Numbered from the stretch's first letter, positions 1 to 14,480 are shown. The stretch: 64,000 bases of DNA from the human T2T-CHM13v2.0 reference genome, Homo sapiens (GCF_009914755.1 NC_060935.1), one strand, 5' to 3'. Notes: a model not told the origin generated them from the sequence alone. A program made the numbers and translations.

Positions 1-109
1 AGGGTGAACTAGTAGACATCTGATAGCCATGTGACCTGATCTAGGCAGTCAGATTCTATCTCCCAGAACTTTGAATCTTGAGTGGATTAGTATAAGTATG
101 TACACATGC

Positions 110-235
110 TTATTCATTAAATATATATTCATTAATTTGCTTATCCTCTATTCCACGTCACACACTGATCTAGAGATCAGGGTTAGTGTTCAAAAAAGAT
201 AAAAATTCTCACCTCCATAGAATATGTACTTTACA
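110..235 (-). mobile_element. L2 3'-end fragment
   Basis: ATTC-rich tail followed by cactgatctagagatcagg...aaaattctcacctccatagaa, resembling an antisense L2 3' end. Confidence 0.5.
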
Positions 236-619
236 AATATTCACATACACTGAATCATTTTAGCAATAGTGCCCAGATTGTGAATTTTCTGTTCATGTAT
301 TCTAGTGTTTTCTCAGTTCCTTTACTTTCTTACCCTTTCCTCCCAAATTTCCTACTAAACAAAATGTTCCCCAAATTTCTACAAATTTTCCATTTCCTAA
401 CATTGAGATAGTGTCTATTGCAACCAAAAATACCAAATACAGATTTGAGTTAAAGAAGTAATACTTTTATTCAGTTCAATTTGACAGACATTTATTACTT
501 ATCTGCTGAATACCAGAAACTGTGTGATGTTCTGGAAAAAAAAAAAGACATGACACTACTTGTTGTAAATAGAATATTGAACCAAATGTCAACCATACCC
601 TTAACTACAAACTTATTAT

Positions 620-870
620 GGTGAGTATACTCTCTTGGCCTTTGACTTTGGACTTGGTCTAGTGACTTGATTTAGCCATTGGCATGTGGATAGGCAAGAC
701 AGTATGGTAGTTTCAAAACTAGAACTTTAGAAACATAACATGTTTCTGTTTGCCTTCTTGTGTCTCTGCCATCAGCATGCAAAGAATATGTTCTAATTAG
801 ATTACTAATTTAATAGTGGGTGAGGAATGTAGAGCAGACTCAGACCAACCCACCTGCACAACAGAAAGGA
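620..870 (+). mobile_element. Old MaLR LTR fragment (MLT1H/I-like)
   Basis: ttgactttggacttggtctagtgacttgatttagccattggcatgtgg...ctctgccatcagcatg resembles the MLT1I/H core. Confidence 0.55.
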
Positions 871-1239
871 AAATAATTATGTTTGTTTTTTTTTAAAGAA
901 GGTTTACTATGAAAATGTTAACATTTTTCCTTCAGTTAAGGAACTTAAGGACTGCAGAAGAGACAGGCACATTATCAGATCATTTTCATGTGTCTTTGTC
1001 ATACATTGTCTTTAAGTCAACCTAATCATCTTCCTATATAATGACTTTCAACAAAATCCCCTTATACTAGCATAGGGTTAATTGATCACTAGAATATATT
1101 ACTTTATATAGCGTGTGTTATCCAGATACAATTTCTGCAACATAAAATTTCTAGAAAATCTACAATGGGAAAACTCACTAACTATGAATACTGCCAAAAG
1201 TGAATAATTGCTTAAACCTTTATTTTACCTAGAGTCACA

Positions 1240-1380
1240 TATATGTAAGATATATCTATCAATCTATTTTTGATATAGATCGATAGATATGCTATATATC
1301 ATATATGTCACATATACCATGTATGTGTGCTATATCATATATGTATCTTATATATAAAATACCCTATATATGTTTTAAAT
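1240..1380. repeat. TA-rich low-complexity repeat
   Basis: degenerate (TA)n with repeated tatatcatatatgt units. Confidence 0.8.
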
Positions 1381-1387
1381 AGATAGA

Positions 1388-3028
1388 AAAAAATTCAGAA
1401 TGTCTATAGAACCAGCAAAAACCCTAAATAGCTAAAACAATATTGAGAAAGATAAAAAAAACTAGAGGCAACACACATTCTGTGTTTAAACTATATTACA
1501 AAGCTATAGTTATCACAACAGTATGGTATTGGCATCACAACAGACACAGACTGATGGCACAGAATAGAAAGTCTGAAAAAAAACATGCAAATATGGTCAA
1601 CTAACTTAAAACAAAAGTGCCAATAATATGCAATAATGAAAGAATAGTCCCTTCAATAAATGGTGCTGGAGAAACTAAATATCCACATACAAAATTAAAA
1701 TTGCGCTCTTCTCTTACACCGTACACAGAAATCAGTTATAAATAGATTAAAGACTAAAACATAAGTTTTATGAAACTGTAAAACTTCAAACGGAAACAGG
1801 GAAAATCCTCCTTGACCTTAGTCTTGGCAATGATTTTTTGTATAATACCACAACACAGGCAAGAGAAGCAAAATATAAACAAGTAGGATGATATCAAACT
1901 AAAAGATTTTAACACGGCAAAGGAAACAACCAATACAATGAAAAGGCAACCTACTGAATGGAACAAAAAAAATATGTAAAGTATATAACAAGGAGTTAAC
2001 ATTAAAAATATATAAAGAAGATAAACAACATCCAAAAATAAAAGCAAATAATTTACAAAATGGGCAAATGACCTGAATAGACATTTTTCCAAAGAAGACA
2101 TACAAATGACCAACAGGTATATGAAAAAGTACTCAAACAACACTAACCGTCAAGGAAATACAATTCTAAACCACAGTGATATCGCCTCATACCTGTTGGG
2201 ATGGCTATTTTCAAAAAGTTAAAAGACAACAAAATTTGGGGAGGAGGTACAGAAAAGGGAACCTTTATATATTGTTGGTGAAAATATAAATCAATAAAGC
2301 TGTATGGTAACCAGTATGGATTTTTCTCAAAAAACAGAAAATAGAATTGCCATATGAGCCAGCACTCCCATTTCTGTTATATATCCAAAGGAAATCAAAT
2401 CAGTATGTCAAAGAGATATCTGAACTCCCATTTTTATTGGAGCATTATTCACAGTAGCCAAGATATAGAAACGATCTAACTTCTCTCAACAGGTGAATAG
2501 ATAAAGAAGATGTGGTGGTTATTCATATAATGAAATATTACTCAGCCTTAAAAAATGAAAATCTTGCCATCTGCAGCAGCATTGATGGACTGGAAGTGCA
2601 TTATCCTAAGGGAAATAAGCCAGACAGATAAAGACAAATGTTGCATGATCTCACTTAAATGTAGTATCTAAAAAAGTTTAACTCATAGAAACAGAGAGTG
2701 GAATAGTGGTCACCAGGAGCTGGAAAGTGGAGGAAGTGAGGAGATGCTAGTCAAAAAGTGAAAACTTTTAAGTTCTTAGAAGAATATCTTCTGGGGAGCT
2801 AATGTACAGCATGGTGATTATGGTTAATAATACTTGAAATTTGCTAACAGAGTAGATCTTAAGTGTTGTCACTATACACAAACAAAAAATAATAACTGTG
2901 TGAGGTAATAGATGTAATTAACCTGAAAATCAATTTATAATGTATACATATATCAAATCATGTTATACACTTTAAATATATATAACTTTATATATCCAAT
3001 ACATATCAATAAAGCTGAAAAAATAAAA
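1388..3028 (+). mobile_element. LINE-1 3' portion (ORF2 C-terminus and 3'UTR), L1MA8/L1MA9-like
   Basis: aaactatattacaaagctatagt...acagtatggtattggcat and ttcaataaatggtgctgga; 3'UTR agagtagatcttaagtg; ends caataaagctgaaaaaataaaa. Confidence 0.9.
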
Positions 3029-5247
3029 TTATATGTTTGGCTTGTTAGATAGATGATTAATAACTAGTTAGTAGCTAGATAAATTAAACTCAAATCAAAA
3101 AAGAACTCATTTGGTGAATGAATATATGATTTATGCTGAAGAATATTCCATGTGCATTTGGGAAGAATGTATGTTCTCATTCCTTGGAGTGAAGTGCTAT
3201 GTATATACGACATTGCACAAGATATAGATCTTGTATATAGTTGTTCTATCCATTATTGGAAACAAGATATTGAAATGTTCAATATTATTGTCTAATTGTC
3301 TTATTATTATTGTCTATTGTCTAATTTCAATTTTTCTTCATGTATTTTCAGACTCTGCTGTTAAATGAATATGTGTTTATAATTGTTACATGCTCTTGAT
3401 TAATTGACACTTTTCTTAATATGTAATGCCCTTTATCTCTAGCAAGATTTTACTTAATTTTTCTTTTATATGGTATTTGGCTATTCCAGTTTTCTTTTCC
3501 TTATGACTTAAAGAGAATATCTTTTTCCATCCTTTCACTTTCAACCTATTTGTGTCTTTGAATATAAAGTGAATGTTTCCTATCCAGCACAGAGATGTAT
3601 CTTTTAAGAAAATTACATTCTTCCAATCTCTACATTTTAATTAGAGAGTTTAATTTTCATTTAAAGTAATTACCAATAAGGAAGGACTTCTGCCACTTTT
3701 CTATTGCTTTCTATATCTCTCATGTGTTTTTGGTTACTGAATTCCTCCAAAACTGCATTCTTATATGCTTAGTTGACTTATTATAGTATATAATTTTGAT
3801 TCCATTCTGTTAGCTTTATGTATATAGGGTTTACTTATTTTATTGTGGCTATCTTAAAAATTACAATGAACATTTCAACCATATAAAAACCTCATTTGAA
3901 TTAATACCTACTTAACTTCAATAGTATCCAAAATTTCTACTTCTATACATCTCACTCCTATGATTTTGTCATAAATTACATCTTTATACATTGTGTGACC
4001 ATTAGTATAGGTTTATAATTATTTTTCAATTTTTTTATATAATACAGAAAATATAGCACTACAAAACATAAATACAATAATACTGACATCTACATTTATC
4101 TAAACCATTGTTCTCTTTTTTCATATGACTTTAAATTTCTGTCTAATGTCTTTTCATTTGAGCCTGAAAGACTTCCTTTAGCATTTCTTGTAGAACAGGT
4201 CTATTAGTAGAAAACTCCTTGAGCTTTTATTTGTATGACATCATCTTAATATATCTTTTGAAACATAGTTTTGTAGAATATAAAATTCTTTATTCACTGT
4301 GCTTTTCTTTCAGCACTTCAAAAATGTCATCCTACTCCCTTCAGGCTTCCATAGTTTCTGATAAGAAATCTACAGTTTATCTTATTGAGGATCTCTTAAA
4401 TAAGATGAGTCACTTCTCTCTTGCTGATTTTAAGATTTTCTCTTTGTTCTTGGATTTCAACAGTTTTATTATAGTGTGTGTCACTCTGGTTCTGTCTATC
4501 TATAAATTTTTGTCGAGATTCTTAGATGTTTAGATTCATATCTTTTATCAGATTTGAGTGTTGTTGATCATAATACCTTCGAATATTTTTTTTGCCGCTT
4601 CCTCTCTTCTCTTTCTTGAATTTCCCTTATGTGTATGGTCTCCCACATGTCTCTCAGGCTCTGCTCATTTTACAATATTATTCTTTCCTTCTGCTCCACA
4701 CACTGAATAATTTCACTTGACCTTTCTTTAAATTTGCTCACTTTTCTTCTTCCTACTGAAGTCTTCCGTAGAACTTCTTCAGTGAAATTTTCATTTCACT
4801 TATTGTAGTTTTCAGCTTCACAATTTTTATTTGGTTTCTTTTATAATTTTGATCTTTGTTTAGATTCTCTATTTATTGAGCTATAATTTTCCTCTTTTCC
4901 TTTAGTTATTGGTCTATGAGTTTTTTTGTCTATTTAAACATACTTAAGACAGTTGATTTAAAGTTTTTGTCCAGCATGTTCTATGACTTTGATTCCTCAG
5001 TCAGTTTATATTAGTTTATTTTTTCATTTGATTGCACTATATTTTCTTATTTCTTTGAAAGCCTCATATTTATTTCATGAAACTTTCCATTTTTAGTATT
5101 TTGGCAGATACTACATTCTTTGTTGCTTTTGGCATTTGTGGTCTCTGTTCTTTTAGTTAGTGCTCAGCTAGTCATCTTTTATTTTGAATTTTAAAATGTG
5201 GTAACTTTGCAAATCAGATTCTCCCTACTCTTCAGGGTTAGTTCTAG

Positions 5248-5575
<328 letters not shown>

Positions 5576-5724
5576 AGTTGTCCATTTTTTCAAGTGGCTT
5601 TTTCAAACTGTTTTTTGCAAATATTGTATTTCTTTTTGTATGTGGTTACTAAACTGTCTGTTCCTTTAGCTCACCAGTTAGCCAGTGACCCAGCAGAGTT
5701 TCCTTTAAATGCTTGGAGTAACAG

Positions 5725-5850
5725 AAAGAGAGAAAGGGGGAGAGATAGAGATTGAGGGAGAGAGAGAGAGAGAGACAGAGAGAGAGAAAGTCAGGAAGGT
5801 GGGAAGGCAGGCAGAAAGGAAGAGCAAGAAAGAAGGAAGCAGGAAAGAAA
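5725..5850. repeat. (GA)n / purine-rich simple repeat
   Basis: gagagagag and gaag runs. Confidence 0.85.
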
Positions 5851-6364
5851 ATTATCTATGTCTTTGTAAATGGTGTCTGTTTTGGGGCTTAGCCTGTCCA
5901 TTTTTGACTCTGTCTTAGCCTTTACCTCTTGCTAGTGTGGAGCTTAAAGTTTAGCTGAGGTCAAATTTATGATCTCTTCAAGTCTTTTCTGAGTGTCTTA
6001 CCCTGTTTATGTGTATGGCCTTTTAGTTAACTTGGTATATGTAGGAACTTTTCACAGTCCTTATTCCCCAAAACTCTCACTTCCCAGATTTTCCTCCAAG
6101 CCTTTCAGTGTGTCAAATATTTGCCCCATCTGTTACTTTTTGCTCCAGGTGGCAGCACCTTTTCATTTGGCTTTCAATGTTTTCATAGCCTTTCCTGCCT
6201 GATAAAATTCTTAGGCAAAACAAAAAAAAAAATTCCTTTTGTTAATACTTTGGGGAAACTGTCAGGTAAGACAAACAAACAAACCCCCAATATGTCTTGG
6301 AAACAGGGCTGTTCTGCTCATTCAGAAATCAAGTATTCACACTGAGAATGTAGGCTACAGTCTC

Positions 6365-6694
6365 TGATATGGTTTGGCTGTGTCCCCACGCAGATCTCAT
6401 CTTGAATTCCCACATGTTGTGGGAGGGACTGGTGAGAGGTAATTGAATAATGGGGCAGGTCTTTCTCATGCTGTTATGATGATAGTGAGTAAGTCTCATG
6501 AGATCTGATGGTATTAAAAAGGGGAGTTTCCCTGCACAAGCTCTCTTCTCGTCTGCCACCAATGCTTTCACCTTCCACCATGATTGTGAGACCTCCTAGC
6601 CACGTTAAACTGTAAGTCCAATAAACCTCTTTCTTTTGGAAATTGCCCAGTCTCAGGTATGTCTGCGTCAGCAGCATGAAAATGGACCAATACA
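6365..6694 (+). mobile_element. THE1A-like solo LTR (MaLR)
   Basis: tgatatggtttggctgtgtcccc...aatggaccaataca, TG..CA termini, 5-bp TSD gtctc (6360-6364, 6695-6699). Confidence 0.93.
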
Positions 6695-9017
6695 GTCTCC
6701 AAGACTGCTATGTTTGGGAGGGAGAGAAGGCTAGGGTTAGTTAAAATGCTACAAAGATCATATTCCATGCTTAGGTAGCCTTTCTCCTGGTTTCTTTTGC
6801 TTGGTTGCTCTAAATCTTTAGCTGGCTCCATGACTTCCAGTAGGATTGATTTTGATAGTTTCTGTTAGAGTTTTTAGTGTTTTTATGAGGAGAAATGAAC
6901 CCCCAGAATTCCCTACTATGCCACTTTCCCTGACATTACCTAATTTCTGCATTTCTTAATGTGATTAATTATCCACTGTCAGAGAACACATGACTCTAGT
7001 TCTTAGATCTTCCAATATAAAAGAGGTCATGTGTATTACACAGAAATGTGTTTATATACATAAAATAAATTATAATCAGTGATGAAGCAGTGTATAGTTG
7101 GATCAGCCAATCAGGGAAACTGACTAGTTCTATGTTGCTTTGTTATTTTCTGATAGAACAAGGTATAGAGCCTACATATATTTTTAGTTCATCACTTTTT
7201 TAATGCATAGTTTTGATAGAAGAAAAGGTTGCTGTTGAATATTAACTAACACATATTTTGTAACTTTCAGTTTAGTCTCCTGTTGGGGACATGAAACCTA
7301 GATTAATACTAATACATATCACCAGTCCTAAAGGCCAGTAACGTTGGTCTTCATAATGACGATTTTGAAATGTTTTTATATCTGACAGTTCCATAAATTC
7401 ACATTTTAAGAAGAAAGTAGAAATATATTTTGCTCCTTTTTACATTGTGTCAAAATAGCAATGAAAAATTAAATTCCAATTGTTATCTTTAAATTTTCTT
7501 AAAGATATGTTGTCCTTCTACTTCTCCCACATTTGCATCTTATATTTTTGGCTTTAGCGTTGATTCAAATGAGACCAAATGTAAAGAACAGTATGTGTGT
7601 ATTTGTACAGGGGAGGAAAACAATAAAATGATAGAATGATGTAATAGAAGAACTACTTGAAAAATCTTTGTGCAAACATGTTAGTTTAATTTACTGCTTC
7701 ACAAAATGTAAGAAGGCACTTCATGTGCTTTGAACAAGCTAGGGAGAGTTGAACTCTTGGACTAGAGAAGATATAAAAGCAGAATGCACAGCCTGGTATT
7801 CTTACCTGGTCCCTGATATCCACGAAATACAATAAACTGTTTTATAAGAAAAGAATGCCCGGTAGCCAGTCAATTATGTGTTTCGACATACAAATGTGCA
7901 GATATCACTTCTGGTTGTAAAACTTTTTCTAGCATCTTTTATTAGTATTTTTATTTGCAGACAATTTTAATGAGCATTGTAGCTTCTGTCCTTGTCATAT
8001 CCAAGGCTGATGTCATCCTGCCTAATAATACTTAGTAATATCCAAAGGCCAGAATTTTGTGATGTTGATGTTTTTCCTGTGCTTTGGCTTATAAAGTTGG
8101 TAGGTGATCTCTGCAGGCAAGCTTTTCAACCTGACATAGACACCACTGTTTTATTCCAACATAGGTTCCCAGCTGGAGACTACTTCATGTTGGAGAGATG
8201 GTGATATAATTTTAAAAGTTTGTGAAAGGTCTAAATGGAAACAAAGGTTTTCCCCATACTTTAATTGCTTGTAACACACTTGAAATTTTACCTGAACAGA
8301 AAAATAAATCTGAAACATCAAGTTTTGTGGTTTCACAGCACCGCTCAAGCTTGAAGTCATTAAGATATATATTCAGCATTAACAATAAATCATTTGAAAT
8401 ACAGGCAACCAGTATGAATGCTTTATCCTTCCCTGATGGATGATGGCTTGGGGGATAAGTGCCTCAGAATCATTATTCTTAGAAGAAAAATAATACATTA
8501 TTAATAAAATAGGACTCAGAGTCTTTCATTTAAAGACCTCTAGTTACTTTTTTTCTGGGGGAAAAAGCATTTTGTCATTTGAAAACAAGGAAATGGATGT
8601 GTGTGTTAAGTGATTTATCCCAGGTCTGACTGAAAGATTCAGAATTAGCTTCTATTTTTGCTTATGTCTATTTTTTGCCTAACCCTCAGGTGGCACCCCA
8701 TGGCATATATAGAGGAGGTGTGGGCAGATGTCCACCACATGGGCTCCCACGATGCATGTCGGTTTCACATGTTAACCTGCCACGTTCTCTTGAGTGTTCT
8801 TTTTTGGACTTTTAAGAAGAGCGGAGATATGGCATTGAAAACTAAAATTCACAATCTGCTCAGTCTAAGATTTCAATATGATATACTGATATTTGAAATT
8901 TTAAAATGACATATTTTGACATTATTTCATACTGTGAGAGAAATTAGAAATGCTAAAGTTGATTGCAGGGCTAGTGTATTTTTTTGTTTGTTTGTTTTTT
9001 ATTTTTTAATTAATTTT

Positions 9018-9199
9018 TGCACCCATTAACTCGTCATTCAGCATTAGGTATATTTCCTAATGCTATCCCTCCCCCCTCCCCCCACCCCACAACAGTCCCC
9101 GGTGTGTGATGTTCCCCTTCCTGTGTCCATGTGTTCTCATTGTTCAATTCCCACCTATGAGTGAGAACATGCAGTGTTTGGTTTTTTGTCCTTGCGATA
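9018..9199 (-). mobile_element. L1PA3-like 3'UTR fragment, truncated at both ends
   Basis: tgcacccattaactcgtcatt...cccccctccccccaccccacaacagtccccggtgtgtgatg...cttgcgata. Confidence 0.9.
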
Positions 9200-10149
9200 T
9201 TTTTAAACATTTTTTTTTTCTCACCAAAACACACACAAAAAAGGAGAATGTTTAGAATTTAGCATGTATCGTAAGGGTAAGGCTAAAAGTAGGAGTAAAA
9301 TGGGAAGTGATTTTTAAAGATTGATCAGTTTTCTGGCAGATATCTCTATGGATAAGGTCATTACAAATACATGAATTATCCCGTGTTCCCCTTTCTAACT
9401 CACATACCCTTTGCTTTTTTCTATATTGTATATGTTATGATTTTATTTGAGGCTTCAGAAGTAGATTAATTAATAAAATCCTCTTGGGTTTTACAAGTAT
9501 GTTGGAATTTCACCATTTTGTATTCACCTTAGAAAGCCATGCTTTTTTTACTGATAACACCTGTGCTTCAGGCATAAAGCAGAAATAAGCTTATTAACAT
9601 ATACTTTCTAATTGGAATTTAAACAGAAGGCAAATTCACAAATGTGACTTTTATCATCTCCTGGAAAGTGTATTTGTGGTTCTTAGTCTTTCAGTGTCGT
9701 TACCAGTATGTTGAACAGAAACTAAGTACAAACCAATGAAGTTATCAACAACCAGTCTGTTTCCTTTATCTAGAATTTCTGATGTAAATTATCAATGAGT
9801 ATTTAATGAGGTCCTACTTTAAGCCTATTGTCAATGCAGTTTTTTGTGAGTGAAATAATTGTATATCCACGTGGCCATGCCACCCCATATGCTGGACTTA
9901 TCCTGTTTCTCACTATGTTCCCTCCCTTTATTATTAACCCCTCCCCTGTTTCTAAATTTAACTCCTAGGAAACTTAAGCCTTAAAAATAGAATATTATAA
10001 CAGGAAAATTGGCTTGTTTCTGAAATTTCCTCAGTACTTTTATTTCCCACAGCGTGAAATCTTTTAGTTAGCGCTCCAAAACCGTAACAAAAGGATAGGT
10101 ATAGACAACAGGAGGGCTGAGCCAGGAATCCATGTTCCTCACTACTTAC

Positions 10150-10877
10150 TCTATCTCAATGGAGCATAATGTCCTCAGGGTATTTTTTGTTGTCACAATT
10201 AGGGGAGCACTACTCTCAAGGTAGGAGGAAATAGGCAATATGCTAGTATTCCTGCAATGTTCTAGAATGCCCCACCTATCAAAAATATTGTACATCATTC
10301 CATGGAACTTCCAAATATATTTATGCCTATTAATTAGTGTGAAAGTCATGTCTGTAGAAATATAATCTTAAAACATGTCTTCATATAACAGTTAAAATTA
10401 TAGTAGTTTTCATCATTTGAATAGTCATTAAATTTTCCAGGAAAAAATATCATGTAAATAGATTGAATATTATATTTTCTATTGTTCGAAATTTCAACAG
10501 GAGTGGTTTACCATTTAGAGAAAATCACATGAGTAGAAAGGTCACTTTTGGATATTTGAGTCATCAATATAACTTTCAATTTGAATTCATGTATGGTTCA
10601 TTAATAATCCTATATACAGAAGCAAGCATATGATCATTCCATTATGTTTTCTGGTAGCCATGCCACAGCATTTACATATTGAATACAAATTATAACAAAT
10701 TATTTTTAGATTTCTTTTATAGATTACTAGATTACTGTTAGGACATTATGTTGATTTTTAAGTAATATGAATAAGTATTTAATATACTTTGTAAATTCCA
10801 TTAGAATGCTAAAGAGGGCTTCATATCATAAAGTTATTAAAGAAGGACATAGGGCCTGCTAGGATTAAGAATCATAG
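10150..10877 (+). mobile_element. MER20B-like hAT DNA transposon
   Basis: ttgttgtcacaattagggg; gttcggaaatttcaacaggagtggtttaccattt; gcatttacatattgaataca; hAT-like end ttaagaatcatag. Confidence 0.7.
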
Positions 10878-11794
10878 TTCTATTATAAATAAAGTGATTA
10901 TGGAAAAATAAAGGGCAAAAACTGAAAAAGAGAAAAAATGGCTTTCTGAATCAACTGGAGTCAGGTGGCAGAAGCGGTTTCAAGTGGCCGGCTGGTTAAT
11001 TCAAAGGGCATTCGTTCTAAGAATGTGGAAAGAAGAAAGTGAGTAACGATGAAAACAGTCAGGGTCTAAAGGAGCTGCTAGCTGAGTGGGTGAGGGTACA
11101 ATCAGTGGTGAGGGCAAGGCTAGAATGGTGTTTGGATTTCTGCTCAGCACAGAAGCTTTGTGTGCTAAGCTCCAGCCAGGCTATAGGACCTGTTCATAAT
11201 GGAAACCAGAGCAATTAGATTGCCCTCCTCTGGTGCTTCCATTTATGTCTTCTTCCATTCTTTCCTGCATTTCGTTTCTGTGGGCCTCTTGTTTCTTGGT
11301 CAACAGTGTGAATGCTGGCCCCTTGCATTGCCTTCCCTTTAGGCCTTTCTGTTCTCACCTGGATTGCAATTCCTGAGGTGCTTTTTATCTCAGCTTCTGG
11401 TATCCACATGTGCCTGATGGATTGCTCTCTCCAAACTATAGTTTTGATTATGGGATCTGGGAAGGCCTAAATTTGTATGTGTTTGCTGAACTCCCACCTA
11501 GCACAGAATTTCTCCTAAAATAGTCAACTACCCCTTACCCAATTATTTATTCTTTATCACTGCCCTGGGTCAAGTGCTGTCACATATACAGGGAGGTTAC
11601 AATAGGACTTTTGAAAGATGATTTACTCTTTCAGTTTGTTTAGGTACCATTTAGCTGATGGCTTTCTTAGCACAACAAATGGAAAAATTCATTTCTCTTT
11701 TGAGCCCTGTAATCATTATGTGGATCCCAGAAAAATATCTTAGCAGAAGATGTTATCTAAGCCATTTGCCATAAAGTGAGACCATTTAACTGTT

Positions 11795-12015
11795 ACAGGT
11801 TGGCAGACTTTTCACTAAAGGACTCCATAGTAAGCATTTTTGGCTTTGTAGTCCAGATAGTCTTCCTTACAACTATCCAATACTGCCATTGTAGTCAAAA
11901 GCAGCCCTACGCAAGGCATAAACACATGAATATGGCTTTTTCCTATAAAAATTTGTTTACAAAAATGGTAGGTGAGCTGGATTTGATCCACAGGCTATAG
12001 TTTAGTAACTTTGGA
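11795..12015 (+). mobile_element. MER58A (hAT MITE)
   Basis: caggttggcagacttttc...ctgccattgtagtcaaaagcagcc...gctggatttgatccacaggctatagtt. Confidence 0.85.
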
Positions 12016-13014
12016 CTATTAAATTGGCAGTTCTTAATTGCTTAGTAAATTAATTTGAAATTAAATTTGTTTTATCATTTTTTTTCCTGTTGTGTAGTCT
12101 ATGCCTAAGATGTTTCCACTGTAAAACTTCTACTTTGCCCACCCAGATGAATCAGTCAAACTCACTTAAGATAGTCTGCGATATATAGTATTATGTTTAC
12201 TCTATAAAGTATCCATTTACAATTTGTTAAGCCTTGTCAAAATTCTGCAGACAGGAATATAAATGATCAAACTAAAAACTGAAATAAAGTCCAAATTTGT
12301 TATTGTAAGGAGATATCCTATTATTTTTCTTGCTCCCCTACCCCACTGTTAACTGCTTGAACTGCTTTGCAGTAGTTAAATCGTGTGACCAAAGTAACCT
12401 TTTTCAGACAATGAGAGCTAATTCAAAAAGCATCAGTGCTCCACACAATTAAAAGAATGAAAACATCAAAAATATGGTGCTAATGAAAACACATTAATGG
12501 AAAGATATTTACCTAGCCATTAGTAATACCATTATTCTTTTGGCTTAGTCAGGTAATAGTTGCGAGTATATGTGGAGAGAGATTGTTTCTCAATAAAAAT
12601 AGTTCTCCAAATCTAATTATTTTACCATTTATCAAAATTTTTCACATGGTAGGTTGAAGGCAGCATTTCCAGAATTAAAATCAGAGCTTGAAAACTATAC
12701 TTACACTGAATTTAATTTTAATTTAACATTTCTTTTTTGGATGACTTTCCCATTAAAAGTTTTACCTAAAGTATCTCAAATGAATGTTAATCTACATAAT
12801 TTAAAACATTTAGGATTTTTAATATAGTGTTGAAGAGATAAGACCAAAGTCCAAGTTCTTAAACAGTGGTTTAGTGAAGTCTCTGATATGCTCTGAAGAA
12901 ACTTTACATTTATTTTTGCAAAAAGAAAGAAAAACCTGTCATTTCTCACAAATAATTAAGAAATTTTGCATTTTGCTCTTTTCTGTATCTTAACTCTATC
13001 AAATTATATTTTTT

Positions 13015-14480
13015 TCATTTATCTATTTAGCAAATACTTATTGAGGGATTTCTACATCCAAGGCTTGTTTTTGCAAAGGTAAACAGACATGATTCTTGTT
13101 CTTATGGAGTTTCCAGGCAAAAAGAGGGACCAGAATAAACACATAAATGAAGAAATAACATTGATTTAAAATGTAACCAATTGTTATATAGGCAGAGATA
13201 ACAGGATAGGCATGGTGTAGGGGAGACAGAGATCATCTCCAACCTCCCTGTAGCTCTTATGTGGGCTCTTTGGCTGTATCTAGAAACCAAATTGACTCCA
13301 GGCAGATTAATGAGAGAAAGGCATACAAATTTTATTAGTTTCACATGTGCATAGGAATCTTCACAAGAGAATGAACTCCCCAAAGAAGTGGCCAAGGCAA
13401 GATGTGTTTATACATTTTAGACAAAGAATGATACATTTGAGAGGAAATGATGGGACAAAGAAAAGCTGACTGGGACAGTAAATTTCTAGAAGAGTCACTA
13501 GGAAATATATTGGTGGGAGTTGGGGGTGCAGATCCAGTGGAAGATAAAGGTTCCTTCGTTATGTATATTTATTCAGCTTCATTGCAGCCACTAACTCCCA
13601 GTCTCTGGTGATAAGGGCTATTTTCTCACCCTTGTATGAAGAGGATATCCCTCCCAAAGGAATCTGTATAGCTTGCTGCATGCAGGATGAAACGGTCAGC
13701 TAATCCATTTTGAAACTACATTTTTTCCATTTTTTTAACTCAAAATAATCAATATACTAATTTGGTGCATTTCGGGATGGCACATCGTTTACTCTTTCAG
13801 CAGTATAGCGTGAGCTGTGCATATGAAAGGAAGATACATGTCCTTTTTGTTGTACATACATACTCTGATCCAAAGGGGTCATTCACAGAGAATTCAAGGG
13901 GATCAGTATGTCTTGTGTTGGTAACAAGATGTTCCTCATACAGTGACAGAAAACAATAGTGTGATGGGGGATAGGGAGAAAGGGAAAACATGAGAAGAGA
14001 GATATGCCTTTTGCATATGGTAATCAGGAAAGATCCTTTGGGGGAGTTTATAAACAGAGCGGAAAGCAAATTCAGTCATGTTATCACAGGGAAAGCGTTT
14101 TCTAGGAAGAGAATACAACAAAAACCAAAACCATAACTGTGGAAAGACAGTTGTTTCTTTGAGGAAATGTAAAAAATAAAAAGATCAATGTGATTGAAGC
14201 TAAACCATGTGGCATGTGGTGACAGAGTAAGAATTCTAAGTGACTTTTTGAGTAACAGCAAAGATTTTCAATTTCATCAGTGCGAAGGGAAACAATTGAA
14301 GAAAGGGTAATGTGATCTGATGTGTTTTCAGAGGAAGCTTGACTGCTTTATAGGTTAAAGGTGCTTGTAAAGAGACCATTTAGGAAGCTATTTCATTGGA
14401 TCATGATAGTGTAGTAGATATCAAGAGAAATAGACTAATCTAAGATATATTGTAGGGAAGGAATTCACAAGAATTTGCAT
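13015..14480 (-). mobile_element. L2 fragment interrupted by an ERV1 LTR
   Basis: ttcatttatctatttagcaaatacttattgagg tail, and purine-rich antisense L2 ORF2 remnants at 13960-14480. Confidence 0.6.
13216..13799 (-). mobile_element. ERV1-class solo LTR (MER34/MER89-related; family uncertain)
   Basis: TG..CA bounded; cagattaatgagagaaaggcatacaaattttatt R/U5 motif; ctcaaaataatcaatat U3 motif. Confidence 0.7.

Noticed and set aside
1754-2143. 129-aa ORF
   Set aside because: Antisense reading of decayed L1 ORF2 ([14 protein letters not shown] is the common antisense-L1 peptide).
8683-8696. CTCF-like motif CCCTCAGGTGGCAC (similar at about 6142 and 10959)
   Set aside because: Mismatches at informative 5' core positions; cannot be supported without ChIP data.
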